Program-made: the position numbers and the translations under genes | Shown here: positions 22,545-35,325 of the stretch, in pieces | Numbering within the stretch: the stretch's first letter is position 1 | Layout of the letters: every line of letters begins with the position of its first letter | Assembly: GCF_009914755.1 (NCBI RefSeq) | Contig: NC_060928.1 | Strand: one strand, 5' to 3' | DNA length: 64,000 bases | Source: the human T2T-CHM13v2.0 reference genome, Homo sapiens | Notes under the pieces: model-generated | What the model saw: only the letters and a program-made list of their open reading frames with translations | The model's database searches: none | What the model was told of the DNA's origin: nothing

Positions 22545-23050
22545 TAACCTAAATACAAGCCTAAACATGACCAGACCCGAACCCCTGACCCTGACCCCAC
22601 CCCTAATCCTGACCCTAACCCTAAACCCAACCCTAACCCTAAACCTAACCCCTAACTCTGACCCTACCCCTAATCCTGACCCTAACCGTAAAACCAACCC
22701 TAACCCTAACCCCTAATGCTGACCCTAACCCTAAATCCAGTCCTAACCCTGACTCTAACCCTAACCCTGACCCTAACCCTAAAACCCAACCCTAACCCTA
22801 ACCCTGACCCTAACCCTAAACCCAACCCTAACCCTAGACCAGACCCTAACCCCTGACCCTGACCCCACCCCTAATCCTGACCCTAACCATAAACCCAACC
22901 CTAACCCTAACCCCTAATGCTGACCCTAGCCCTAAACCCAGTCCTAACCCTGACTCTAACCCCTAACCCTGACCCTAAACCTAAACCCAACCCTAACCCT
23001 GACTCTGACCCCTAACCCGACCCCTGACCCTAACACCGACCCTTAACCCT
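22545..23050 (+). repeat. Degenerate interstitial telomere-like array (CCCTAA/CCCTGA/CCCAA variants)
   Basis: About 500 bp of ccctaa, ccctga and cctaaa units with an internal ~270 bp higher-order duplication. Confidence 0.95.
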
Positions 23051-23399
23051 GCCGGGAGGGCGCTCAGTCCCGGCTCCCACAAAGGACAGCAGCACCCGTA
23101 CTGGACGGCACCCCCGGAGGGACCCGGGCCTGAGGACTCTGCTGCTCCAGCGCCCCAGCTCACGATCGTCCAGGACCCGTCGGGTCCCTCAGCACAGCGC
23201 GGCCCTGTCGCTCTCCTGACCACGCCCCTCATGGCCCCGCCCTATGCCTCGCCCCTGGCCCTCGCGCCCCGCGGCTCCCTCCGCCGAGTCCAGGCCCGAC
23301 GCGCCTGCGCCCTCTGAACACGCCCCTCCCCGCCCCTATCCCCACCCCTTACCGCCTGGCCCCGCCCACGCCCCTTGCCGCGGGGTGGGAGCCCAGACG

Positions 23400-23596
23400 C
23401 ACACCGCGCATGCTCCGAGCGCGGCGCCCCCGACGCGGCGCTCGGCTCGGCTCGGGCATTTCCGCCTCTTTGTTTTAAACTCCGGACGGGCTTTTTTCTC
23501 CTCCTCTTGGGGGGGACCCAGAGGGAGCGGCGCCCCCTCCCCCCTCCGGCGCGGACCCCGCGTGCGCCTTGCTCGCCCGCAGCCCCGAGACCGCAG
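23400..23596 (+). other. PCGF3: PCGF3 non-coding exon 1 (start approximate)
   Basis: Donor CAG|GTCAGT at 23596 with an overlapping +4 donor TCA|GTGAGT; lies in the CpG island upstream of the PCGF3 CDS. Confidence 0.7.
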
Positions 23597-23744
23597 GTCA
23601 GTGAGTCCGCCCCGCCTGGCCTGGGCCCTCGGCGCCCGCTCCTCAGGCTGCGGCCTCGGCCCGTGTCCGGCCCGGAAGGCTCCGAACCCCGGGCCCGCGC
23701 TCCGTCGTCCCCGTCGGCCTGGCCCGGGAAGCCCTTGGCAGGCC

Positions 23745-24685
23745 CGGGAGGGCCGGCACCCCAGCCCAGTCAGGACTCCGGGAGGTCGAAGACCCCAGCC
23801 CAGGCAGGACTCCGGGAGGGCCAAGAGCCCAGCCCAGGCAGGACCCCGGGAGGGCTGGGACTCCAGCCTAGGCAGGACGCAGGGAGGGCAAGACCCCAGC
23901 CCAGGCAGGACTCCGGGAGGTCGAAGACCCCAGCCCAGGCAGGACCCAGGGAGGGCTGGGACAGCAGCCCAGGCAGGACGCAGGGAGGGCAAGACCCCAG
24001 TCCAGGCAGGACGCAGGGAGGGCAAGACCCCAGCCCAGGCAGGACTCCGGGAGGTCGAAGACCCCAGCCCAGGCAGGACCCAGGGAGGGCAAAGACCCCA
24101 GAACAGGGAGGGCCAAGACCCCAGACCAGGCAGGACCCCGGGAGGGCCAAGACCCCAGACCAGGCAGGACCCAGGGAGGGCGAAGACCCCAGCCCAGGCA
24201 GGACCGCGGGAGGGCAGGGACCCCAGACCAGGCAGGACCCCGGGAGGGCCAAGACCCCAGACCAGGCAGGACCCAGGGAGGGCGAAGACCCCAGCCCAGG
24301 CAGGACCGCGGGAGGGCAGGGACCCCAGACCAGGCAGGACCCTGGGAAGGTCGCGACCCCAGCCCAGGCAGGACCCAGGGAGGGCGAAGACCCCAGACCA
24401 GGCAGGACCCAGGTGAGGGCGAAGACCCCAGCCCAGGCAGGACCGCGGGAGGGCAGGGACCCCAGACCAGGCAGGACCCTGGGAAGGTCGCGACCCCAGC
24501 CCAGGCAGGACCCAGGGAGGGCGAAGACCCCAGACCAGGCAGGACCCAGGTGAGGGCAAAGACCCCAGCCCAGGCAGGACCGCGGGAGGGTAGGGACCCC
24601 AGCCCAGGCAGGACCCTGGGAAGGTCGCGACCCCAGCCCAGGCAGGACCCCGGGAGGGCTGGGTCTTCAGACCAGGCAGGACCTG
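23745..24685. repeat. 34-35 bp minisatellite, ~27 copies
   Basis: Unit gaccccag(c/a)ccaggcaggacc(c/g)(a/c)gggagggcgaa. Confidence 0.95.
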
Positions 24686-25048
24686 AAGAGAGTTGGGCTC
24701 TGGGATTGCACAGGACCCCCAGAGTGCTAGGACACAATGACACATCATCCAGGAGGGTCTGACCCTGGGACAGGTCACCGAGAAGGGCTGGGACCCCAAG
24801 ATGGGTCACCAAGGAGGGTCGGACCTGGCCACCTGGCAGGGCCCGGGGGGGCTAGGACCCTGGGAAGAATCACGGAGGAGGGCCAGACGTAGGGACCAGG
24901 CAGAATCCAAAGAATGCCAGGACCCCAGAATAGATCCCCCAGGAAGGTCCTGCCTTAAAGTGGGTCACAGACGAGGGCCAGGACCCCATGACCATAATTC
25001 AGGAGGACCTGACCCTGGAGCAGTCTTGTGAGTCCTGTGAGCACTGCT

Positions 25049-25772
25049 GGGACCCTGAGACTGCCCCGTCTCCCCCGGGACCCTGAGACAGCCCTGTTTT
25101 CCCCTGGGGGCCGGGACCCTGGGACAGCCTGTTTTCACCCGGGGGCCGGGACCCTGGGACAGCCCTGTTTTCCCCTGGGGGTCGGGACCCTGGGACAGCT
25201 CTGTTTTCCCCTGGGGGTCGGGACCCTGGGACAGCTCTGTTTTCCCCTGGGGGTCGGGACCCTGGGACAGCCCTGTTTTCCCCTGGGGGTCGGGACCCTG
25301 GGACAGCTCTGTTTTCCCCTGGGGGCCGGGACCCTGAGACAGCTCTGTTTTCACCTGGGGGCCGGGACCCTGAGACAGCTCTGTTTTCACCTGGGGGCCG
25401 GGACCCTGGGACAGCTCTGTTTTCCCCTGGGGGCCGGGACCCTGGGACAGCCCTGTTTTCCCCTGGGGGTCGGGACCCTGGGACAGCCCTGTTTTCACCT
25501 GGGGGTCGGGACCCTGAGACAGCCCTGTTTTCCCCTGGGGGTCGGGACCCTGGGACAGCCCTGTTTTCCCCTGGGGGCCGGGACCCTGGGACAGCCCTGT
25601 TTTCCCCTGGGGGTCGGGACCCTGGGACAGCCCTGTTTTCCCCTGGGGGCCGGGACCCTGGGACAGCCCTGTTTTCACCTGGGGGCCGGGACCCTGGGAC
25701 AGCCCTGTTTTCACCTGGGGGCCGGGACCCTGAGACAGCCCTGTTTTCTCCCAGGGCCCGGCACCCTGAGAC
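25049..25772. repeat. 36 bp minisatellite, ~19 copies
   Basis: Unit gggaccctgggacagccctgttttcccctggggg(t/c)c. Confidence 0.97.
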
Positions 25773-26820
25773 TGGACAGTGAGAAGGGCTCATGACATGG
25801 ACAGGCTTCTAGATGACCAGGACCTCAAACGGGGTCACTTAGGGTCGGGACACTGGTGTGGACTGGGAAGAAGGCTAGGCTCTCAAAGAGGACCTGATGA
25901 GAGCTGGAACTTCCAGACAGGTCCTCAGAGGGCTGGGACTCCTGAACAAGTCACTGAGGAGCATGTAGGCCCCAAGACTGGACTGTAAGGAGTACTGGGA
26001 CCCTCGGGGGGGAATCCAGCAGTGTCCTGAATCTGCCCAGTCCACTCAGCTGGATGCACCTGCTGTGAAGGCCAGGCATCTGGCATCCTGGTACCCGAGG
26101 CCCTTTCCATGAGACCCTGGGCCAGCCCCACAGCCCCTGCACATGAACCGCCTAGGTGATACCTGGGGTAGGTATGAGGCAGGGGCCTCAGGGTTCCAGG
26201 AGCTCCCAGCCCACAGGCTCCACACCTCAGGCTGGCACTGCACCCTCCCACTCAGCCCCTCGTCCGGGGCTGCTGTCCTGTCCTTGCCTTGGCTGTGGTC
26301 CGTGTCCAGCACCTTCAACCCCTCCTGCCCCTCTCCCCATCTTCAAGGTCATGTGAGTGCCCCACTTCCTCAGTGTAGAGGCGTTTCCAGTGTCCGGGAG
26401 ACTTGGAGGAGGGGTGGGGTCTGAGCTGGGATGTGGACTCCTGGGCATATTTTGGGGACAGTTGGTCCAAGTCAGGAAAGTTGGAGCAGGCAAGGCTATT
26501 TCCCACTCCCTCTCTAGTAAGGGAAGGAATTAAAGGATCCTGGTGGTGATCGGGCTGGGGACGGGGGTTGGTTTATTTCTCTGAAACCTTTGAATCAGCC
26601 TTTTATCAAAAACTTGTGGGTGTTTTCCTTTAATTTGGAAGTGGTAATGAAAAAGTGGGGTGCATGAGGTATTCAGAAGCGAGCGGTCTATGCTGTCCTT
26701 TGACTAGGGAAGGGTTGTCTAGTGACATCTTGTCAGGGGTGTTTCCAGAGGGTGGTCATCCCAGGAACCCTGCTCCCAGAGGGTGCCGTGTGGCTGCTTG
26801 GTGTGCCGTACATTCCCCAA

Positions 26821-27212
26821 AAGAGTGAATGATGCATGAACGAATGAAAGGCAAGAGTGAATGATGCATGAACAAATGAATGAAAGGCAAGAGTGAATGA
26901 TGCATGAACAAATGAATGAAAGGCAAGAGTGAATGATGCATGAACAAATGAATGAAAGGCAAGAGTGAATGATGCATGAACAAATGAATGAAAGGCAAGA
27001 GTGAATGATGCATGAACACATGAATGAAAGGCAAGAGTGAATGATGCATGAACAAATGAATGAAAGGCAAGAGTGAATGATCCATGAGCAAATGAATGAA
27101 AGGCAAGCGTGAATGATCCATGAACAAATGAATGAAAGGCAAGAGTGAATGATGTATGAACAAATGAATGAAAGGCAAGAGTGAGTGATGCATGAACAAA
27201 TGAATGAAAGGC
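26821..27212. repeat. 36 bp AT-rich minisatellite, 11 copies
   Basis: Unit aagagtgaatgatgcatgaacaaatgaatgaaaggc. Confidence 0.97.
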
Positions 27213-27703
27213 AGGGCCGCTCTTCAGAGACATCCCCTCGGATTAGGCGTGCGGGCTTGCCTGGAAGTTGGGCAGTACAATGAGGTGTAACCCTAAAACT
27301 CTGAGCTATCTAGACTCCCAAGAGAGACACTGAATTGGATGGTTCGGGATTTCATCTTTGCCACAGCTTCACTTCTTGGTTACTTAGGAGAAAACCGTGT
27401 TAGGTTTTCAGCTTAACATTTCAGGGTACTCAGTGTCAGCCACGTCGTGTCCCTGCGTGGTCAGCCTGGACCTAGAAGCTCTTACTCGCCCAGTGTAACC
27501 GCCAGGGACCTTTTTACTCAACACTTCCTTCTGATTTGCTCTTTTGACATATCCTTTACTGTTTTTTAAACTTCATTTGCTTTGTGAAATTGTGGAAGAG
27601 GCTTGTGAAGCTGAGTGTTCAGGTTTGTTTGGCTCTGTACTGTCTGGTTCCCAGGCTTTTAGAGGTGTGTTTTAGAGGTGTTTTTAGGCCGTGCTGAGTG
27701 GTT

Positions 27704-28120
27704 GTATTATTTATATATTGCTGTGTGGCAGATTACCCCAGAACCCCTGCCTTAAACCAACAGTCCGATGATAACTTACTGTTTCTGTGGGTTGGGAGAC
27801 CAGGTGGGCTCTGGCTCAGGGACCTCCCATCTGGGGTTGTGTCTCCTCTGAAGGCTGGACTGGGGAGGGTCCGCAGCCAGGCTGTGTCACGTGACTGTGG
27901 GCTGGAGACCTCAGTTCCTTTCTCTATAGGGCAGCTCCGAGGGAGCCCATGCCTAGCCAGAGAGGGACAGGAAGGACGTCCCAGTGTTTGTGGAGTGACA
28001 TTCTACCACTTTTGCCAAGAGTCATTCGGCCCCTACACACTTGAGGGGAGGGGACTCCAAAACGGTGAGCATACGATGGGCAGGTGGGGTCACTGGAACA
28101 CTTAAAGCCTGCCCAGCACA
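27704..28120 (-). mobile_element. MLT1-type MaLR LTR relic
   Basis: tgtattatttatatattgctgtgtggcagattacccca...ctgaaggctggactgggg...cagcaca. Confidence 0.6.
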
Positions 28121-29070
28121 GCGGTGCTGTGAGCCTGGCACCTCTCAGGGCACTGGAGAGACATCCCGTAAGTAAATCAGCGATTGCGTGTGGAGTGACG
28201 TGTTAAGATGAGGATGTGACTGTTCAGCTGTCTCTTTAATTGGTGTGGGTTTCTCCGATGTCACCGTCATGATTGAGATATTTGTGATACGTAAAAGAAG
28301 ATAAATTACAGATAGAAAAGATTCTTAGGAATTAACTTGCAATTTGGCATACCAGTAGCAAGCCAAAAGACCCCCCCACAAATTAAATTACAAGGTGTGT
28401 GTCACTGATGTCAAATCCTTCCCAACAGCTTCAAGTGCAAGGATTTTTGCTGTTCCCAGAGTCCCCTCATTTTCTTCCTGCCAGTGATTTTGCTCCAGAA
28501 ATTATCAACCGACTTCTGTTAAGTTTTCCTAAACCATTTTAAATATATGGGGGAAATGTTTTTACCAGTTACAGTAGACCTTGCGCTTGCAGTTATTTGT
28601 GACTTCATAAAAATGCCGTAGGAGACGTGAGACCTTGACCACACTGGACATTTGACCGGTGTGAGGACTTAGCTCCAGGGTCCAGGCACTACTGTGAGCC
28701 AGAGCCTCTGCTCCTAGCCCACACCCTCCACTGCACAGGGAGCCGGACCCCATGCCTCCTTCCGGTTCTGGGCTGGAGCTAGGGCCGGGAAGGGGGCCTG
28801 TTCTGGACTCTGGAGACCTCAGCCGCCCCTCCCACCATGCCGCACTCTCTAGACTACAGCGGCTCTGTGGCAAAATCGAGGAGCTGCAGGGTGCGGCAGG
28901 GGCCCTTTGCCGTGGGCTAGAATTCTTTACTTGGGTTTTTTTATTTGGATTATAAAGTGAGTCTTGTTTTGGTGTATGCTGTTACTCTTTATTAAATGGC
29001 AGGATTTATTTTGTTTGCAGCCTTATTTTTGGTTAATGGTTAGAATTGAAGTTGAAAATGTAATTTTTCT

Positions 29071-29382
<312 letters not shown>

Positions 29383-29429
29383 GAAAATGTAATTTTTCTA
29401 CAGAATTAGGCAGGCGTGTGTAATTTTTC

Positions 29430-29609
29430 AACAAAAATTAGCCAGGCATGGTGGTGGGCACCTGTAATCCCAGCTACTTGGGAGGCTGAGGCAGGAGAAT
29501 TGCTTGAACCCGGGAAGCGGAGTTTGCAGTGATCTGAGATTGCACTCCAGACTGGGCGAAGAGTGAGACTCTGTCTGAAAAAAAAATAAAAAGTAAAAAA
29601 AAAAGAAAA
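29430..29609 (+). mobile_element. 5'-truncated Alu (right arm)
   Basis: acaaaaattagccaggcatgg...A tail, followed by a third gaaaatgtaatttttct. Confidence 0.9.
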
Positions 29610-30044
29610 GAAAATGTAATTTTTCTTTTACCATTGAAATATAGTGAGGTTTAGGGACAGTTTCCTATTGTTTATCTATTTTTTATTATGATACTTGCTG
29701 TTAATATAGCAAAAATATGGTACAATTCATTGTGCTTCAAAAATTGAAATTATTTTTAATTTCATACATTGATAGTTTATCACTGAATTTTAAAAATGTG
29801 AGGCCTTAAGAAAAACAAAACAAAACTATCTTTCCAGATCTGCCACGTTTCTCCCGACAGAACTGAATTATGCAAATGCCAAAATGACAAAGAACAATAG
29901 TGAATGTTGCCTAGGTGCATTTTTGTAGAATTATCCACTGAGTTAAGCAAAACTCCCATTGACAGGAACTCACACTCTAGAAAATATAGTCCTTCAACCT
30001 ATTGTTATATTGACTTGCTTTTTTTTAAGATAAACTCTAATATT

Positions 30045-30370
30045 CGTGTTTGTTTGTTTGTTTTTGTTTTTTGTTTGTTTGTTTGTTTTGAGATGGAGTT
30101 TTGCTCTTGTAGCCCAGGCTGGAGTGCAGTGGCGCGATCTCGGCTCACTGCAACCTCCGCCTCCTGGTTCAAGTGATTCTCCTGCCTCAGCTCCCTAAGT
30201 AGCTGGGATTACAGGCGCCTGCCACCATGCCCGGCTAAGTTTTTGTATTTTTAGTAGAGATGGGGTTTTGCCATGTTGGCCAGGCTGGTCTCAAACTCCT
30301 GACCTCATGACCCGCCCGCCTTGGCCTCCCAAAGTGCTGGGATTACAGGCGTGAGCCACCGCGCCCGGCC
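30045..30370 (-). mobile_element. Alu with TSD ataaactctaatatt
   Basis: Reverse-complement dimer with (TTTG)n tail. Confidence 0.95.
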
Positions 30371-30559
30371 AATAAACTCTAATATTTAGGTGCATTTAGA
30401 GAGTGGATTTGTTGGCTTGGTTTCTTTTTTCTTTTTTTCAAATTCATTGATATTTGCTGGGCTTTGCTACATTAACAGCAAATTCCAGATGTTTAATGAG
30501 AAATAGATGCAAAGAGGGGAAATCTGTCTGCAGACTTCCTTGAAACTCCCTCTAATCAG

Positions 30560-31220
30560 TGGGTCCCGTTGGCCTTGTGGGTCTTATGGGGGCTGTGAGC
30601 CTCGTGGGAGCTGTGGGCCTCATGGGGGCTGTATGGCCTTGTTGGGGGCCTGTGGGGCCTGTGGGCCCTGTGGGGGGCTGTGTACCTCCTGGGGGCTGTG
30701 GCCAAGTGGGTCCTATGTTCTTCGTGGGTCCTGTGTGGTCTGGTGGGGGCTGTGGCCTCGTGGGAGCTGTGGCTTTGTGAGTCCTGTGTGGCGTCATGGG
30801 GGCTGTGGCCTTGTGGGTCCTGTGTGGCCTGGTGGGGGCTGTGGCCTTGTGGGTCCTGTGTGGCCTGGTGGGGGCTGTGGCTTCATGGGTCCTGTGTGGT
30901 CTGGTGGGGGCTGTGGCCTCATGGGGGCTGTAGCCTTGTGGGTCCTGTGTGGCCTGGTGGGGGCTGTGGCTTTGTGGGTCCTGTGTGTCTCATGGGAGCC
31001 GTGGCCTTGTGGGTCCTGTGTGGCCTTGTGGGGGCTGTGGCCTCGTGGGGGCTGTGGCCTCATGGGTCTTGTGTGCCTTGTGGGGGCTATGGCCTCATGG
31101 GTCCTGTGTGGCCTGGTGGGGGCTGTGGCCTTGTGGGTCCTGTGTGGCCTCATGGGTCCTGTGTGGCCTCGTCAGGGCTGTGGCCTCATGGATCCTGTGT
31201 GGCCTCGTGGGGGGCTATGA
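30560..31220. repeat. ~36 bp G/T-rich degenerate minisatellite
   Basis: Unit gggggctgtggccttgtgggtcctgtgtggcctggt, built from ~18 bp subunits. Confidence 0.93.
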
Positions 31221-31616
31221 CTTTGTGCCTGTGTCTCCTGTCTGGGTCTTGTGAGCTGTCACATTTCCAGGTTCTTGATCAGGGCGTGGCCCGTATTAGA
31301 TGCTCAATAAACAGTAACCGGAAGCTGATCCTCATGGATGCTGTGTGGAGCTGTTCTGAGGCGGCATGAGTATGAACTTGTTGGATTCCTGATGCCGCCC
31401 AGGAATCAGACCGTAAAAGCTGTGCTTATTTCGCAGTGTGAGCCTGGCACAGCAGAGGGCGCACAGGGCAGGCATCATTGGAATGTGGGGGCCACGAGGG
31501 CTCACCTTAAAATTTTTTAAATGTTAAGTGATTTTAATTTACTTTTTTACCCAAGTTTTTGTTAAGAAAAAAAATCGCAATACAGAAAAATGGAGAAAAT
31601 TATACAGTGAGCACTT

Positions 31617-31914
31617 GCTGTGGTCCGAACGTCTGTGTCCCCCAGAATCCATGGGGGACCCTAACCCCCAAGGTGTCAGTGTCAGGCGTGGGGCCCTCGG
31701 AAGGCTCTGCCCTGATGACAGGACCAGCGCCCTTTCTGTCATTTGAGGACACGAGAGAAGGCACTGCCTGTGAGGACTCTGACCCCACCAGCCCCCAAAT
31801 CTGCGAGCGCCTTGATTCTGGACTCCCAGCCTGCAGAACTGAGAGGTGCGTTCTGTGGTTTGTCAGCTGCTCGGCCTAAGGTGCTTCGGTCGCAGCCGCC
31901 TGAACAGACCAGGA
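31617..31914 (+). mobile_element. MLT1A-type MaLR solo LTR
   Basis: tgctgtggtccgaacgtctgtgtccccc...cctaacccccaagg...gccttgattctggactcccagcct..agaactgaga. Confidence 0.75.
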
Positions 31915-32517
31915 CGGCACCCTCTACTGCCCAGACCCACTCGTGGCCGTTCGGCCGCATTTGCTTCCTCTCCTTCTCTCAGTACATCCTGGACTCACCT
32001 GTGAGCGGCTCCGGACAGGAGCCTTGCTGGGAAGGTGAGTCCCACCTGAGAGCAAGAACTAGGGGAGGCCCCCACACCGCTACAACCCCACTGTGACCCT
32101 AGGACGGTGGCACCTACTTCACGGCGTTACCTGATTTTCAGGCCGCCTTACCTCTTCCCAGCTGTCTTGAGAATGTCTCCATGTTTTCCTGAACCAGAGT
32201 CAGCCAGGGCCTGTCCTTGCCCTGGAGGTCCTGGCCCTTCTGACCATGCCAGGTGAGACCCCCTGGCGTTGGAGGTCTTGTCTCCCTGTCCGTGGACCGG
32301 GCTCGCATCCTTCCCACCCCACTGCCTTCTGCCAGGCCAGCGGAGACATAGGCCCTGACGTCCTCTTCAGTCTCAGCTGGAGAAAGCTGCCCTGGAGGGA
32401 CTCTTCTCACTAGGTCACGCAAACCTGGGCACTCCCGATTTTGAGGTAGCTTATTTGGGACCTTAATTACAGCTTCAAAAGTCCCTTTACAGCAGTCCAT
32501 GGGTCAGTATGTCAGTA

Positions 32518-35315
32518 ACAGAACTGGGCGTCGGTTCTGGGACCCTGTAGACACTGAGGGTGAGAACTGGGTGTCGGTGCTGGGACGCTGTAGACGCTGT
32601 GAGTGTGAGAACTGGGTGTCGGTGCTGGGACCCTGTAGACACTGAGTGTGAGAACTGGGCGTCGGTGCTGGGACCCTGTAGACACTGAGTGTGAGAACTG
32701 GGCGTCGGTGCTGGGACCCTGTAGACTCTGTGAGTGTGAGAACTGGGTGTCGGTGCTGGGACCCTGTAGACACTGAGTGTGAGAACTGGGCGTCGGTGCT
32801 GGGACCCTGTAGACACTGCGAGTGTGAGAACTGGGTGTTGGTGCTGGGACCCTGTAGACACTGAGTGTGAGAACTGGGTGTCGGTGCTGGGACCCTGTAG
32901 ACACTCAATGTGAGAACTGGGAGTCGGTGCTGGGACCCTGTAGACACTGAGTGTGAGAACTGGGCGTCGGTGCTGGGACCTTGTAGACACTGTGAGTGTG
33001 AGAACCGGGCATCGGTGCTGGGACCCTGTAGACACTGAGTGTGAGCACTGGGCGTCGGTGCTGGGACCCTGTAGACACTGTGAGTGTGAGAACTGGGCGT
33101 CTGTGCTGGGACCCTATAGACACTGAGTGGGAGAACTGGGCGTCGGTGCTGGGACCCTGTAGACACTGAGTGTGAGAACTGGGTGTCGGTGCTGGGACCC
33201 TGTGGACACTGTGAGTGTGAGAACTGGGTGTCGGTGCTGGGACCCTGTAGACACTTAGTGTGAGAACTGGGCGTGGGTGCTGGGACCCTCTAGACACTGT
33301 GAGTGTGAGAACTGGGCGTCGGTGCTGGGACCCTGTAGACACTGAGTGTGAGAACTGGGTGTCGGTGCTGGGACCCTGTGGACACTGTGAGTGTGAGAAC
33401 TGGGTGTCGGTGCTGGGACCCTGTAGACACTTAGTGTGAGAACTGGGCGTGGGTGCTGGGACCCTCTAGACACTGTGAGTGTGAGAACTGGGTGTCGGTG
33501 CTGGGACCCTGTGGACACTGAGGGTGAGAACTGGGCGTCGGTGCTGGGACCCTGTAGACACTGAGGGTGAGAACTGGGCGTCGGTGCTGGGACCCTGAAG
33601 ACACTGAGTGTGAGAACTGGGCGTCGGTGCTGGGACCCTGTAGACACTGAGTGTGAGAACTGGGCGTCGGTGCTGGAACCCTGTAGACACTGTGAGTGTG
33701 AGAACCGGGCATCGGTGCTGGGACCCTGTAGACACTGAGGGTGAGAACTGGGTGTCAGTGCTGGGACCCTGTAGACACTGAGTGTGAGAACTGGGCGTCG
33801 GTGCTGGAACCCTGTAGACACTTAGTGTGAGAACTGGGCGTGGGTGCTGGGACCCTCTAGACACTGTGAGTGTGAGAACTGGGCGTCGGTGCTGGGACCC
33901 TGTAGACACTGAGTGTGAGAACTGGGCGTCGGTGCTGGGACCCTGTGGACACTGCGAGTGTGAGAACTGGGCGTCGGTGCTGGGACCCTGTGGACACTGT
34001 GAGTGTGAGAACTGGGCGTCGGTGCTGGGACCCTGTAGACACTGAGTGTGAGAACTGGGCGTCGGTGCTGGGACCCTGTGGACACTGCGAGTGTGAGAAC
34101 TGGGTGTCGGTGCTGGGACCCTGTGGACACTGCGAGTGTGAGAACTGGGTGTCGGTGCTGGGACCCTGTGGACACTGCGAGTGTGAGAACTGGGCGTCGG
34201 TGCTGGGACCCTGTAGACACTGAGTGTGAGAACTGGGTGTCGGTGCTGGGACCCTGTGGACACTGAGTGTGAGAACTGGGTGTCGGTGCTGGGACCCTGT
34301 AGACACTGTGTGAGAACTGGGCGTCGGTGCTGGGACCCTGAAGACACTGAGTGTGAGAACTGGGCGTCGGTGCTGGGACCCTGTAGATACTGTGAGTGTG
34401 AGAACTGGGCGTCGGTGCTGGGACCCTGTAGATACTGTGAGTGTGAGAACTGGGCGTCGGTGCTGGGACCCTCTAGACACTGTGAGTGTGAGAACTGGGC
34501 GTCGGTGCTGGGCCCCTGTGGACACTGCGAGTGTGAGAACTGGGCGTGGGTGCTGGGACCCTGTAGACACTGTGAGTGTGAGAACTGGGCGTCGGTGCTG
34601 GGACCCTGTAGACACTGAGGGTGAGAACTGGGCGTCTGTGCTGGGACCCTGTAGACACTGAGGGTGAGAACTGGGCGTCGGTGCTGGGACCCTGTAGACA
34701 CTGAGTGTGAGAACTGGGCGTCGGTGCTGGGACCCTGTAGACACTGTGTGAGAACTGGGCGTCGGTGCTGGGACCCTGAAGACACTGAGTGTGAGAACTG
34801 GGCGTCGGTGCTGGGACCCTGTAGATACTGTGAGTGTGAGAACTGGGCGTGGGTGCTGGGACCCTGTAGACACTGTGAGTGTGAGAACTGGGCGTCGGTG
34901 CTGGGACCCTGTAGACACTGAGGGTGAGAACTGGGCGTCTGTGCTGGGACCCTGTAGACACTGAGGGTGAGAACTGGGCGTCGGTGCTGGGACCCTGTAG
35001 ACACTGAGTGTGAGAACTGAGCGTCGGTGCTGGGACCCTGTAGACACTGAATGTGAGAACTGAGCGTCGGTGCTGGGACCCTGTAGACACTGAATGTGAG
35101 AACTGGGCGTCGGTGCTGGGACCCTGTAGACACTGAGTGTGAGAACTGAGCGTCGGTGCTGGGACCCTGTAGACACTGAATGTGAGAACTGAGCGTCGGT
35201 GCTGGGACCCTGTAGACACTGAATGTGAGAACTGGGCGTCGGTGCTGGGACCCTGTAGACACTGAGTGTGAGAACTGGGTGTCAGTGCTGGGACCCTGTG
35301 GACACTGTGAGTGTG
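32518..35315. repeat. Large 43/45 bp VNTR, ~2.8 kb (~64 copies)
   Basis: Unit gagtgtgagaactgggcgtcggtgctgggaccctgtagacact(gt). Confidence 0.98.
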
Positions 35316-35325
35316 TGCTTACTTT

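Larger units (their letters stand above)
22150..23760 (+). promoter_or_regulatory. PCGF3 CpG-island promoter
   Basis: Dense CpG; GC boxes (ccccgccc); NRF1-like gcgcctgcgc at 23301 and gcgcatgctc at 23406. Confidence 0.85.

Noticed and set aside
22545-23050. Telomere tract as a chromosome-fusion scar
   Set aside because: Single orientation with no head-to-head switch, and as I recall Mfsd7 and Pcgf3 are also neighbours in mouse, so synteny spans the tract.
23244-25795. 250-490 aa Pro/Gly/Arg ORFs, some collagen-like (GPGPQGKT)
   Set aside because: Products of the CpG island and the 34-36 bp minisatellites; open in several frames on both strands.
25049-27212. 36 bp repeats as CRISPR arrays
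   Set aside because: Units are contiguous with no unique spacers, there are no cas genes, and the DNA is primate.
32487-35262. Long ORFs up to 598 aa ([11 protein letters not shown] repeats)
   Set aside because: Translation of a VNTR strand with few stops; no splice context or protein-like composition.
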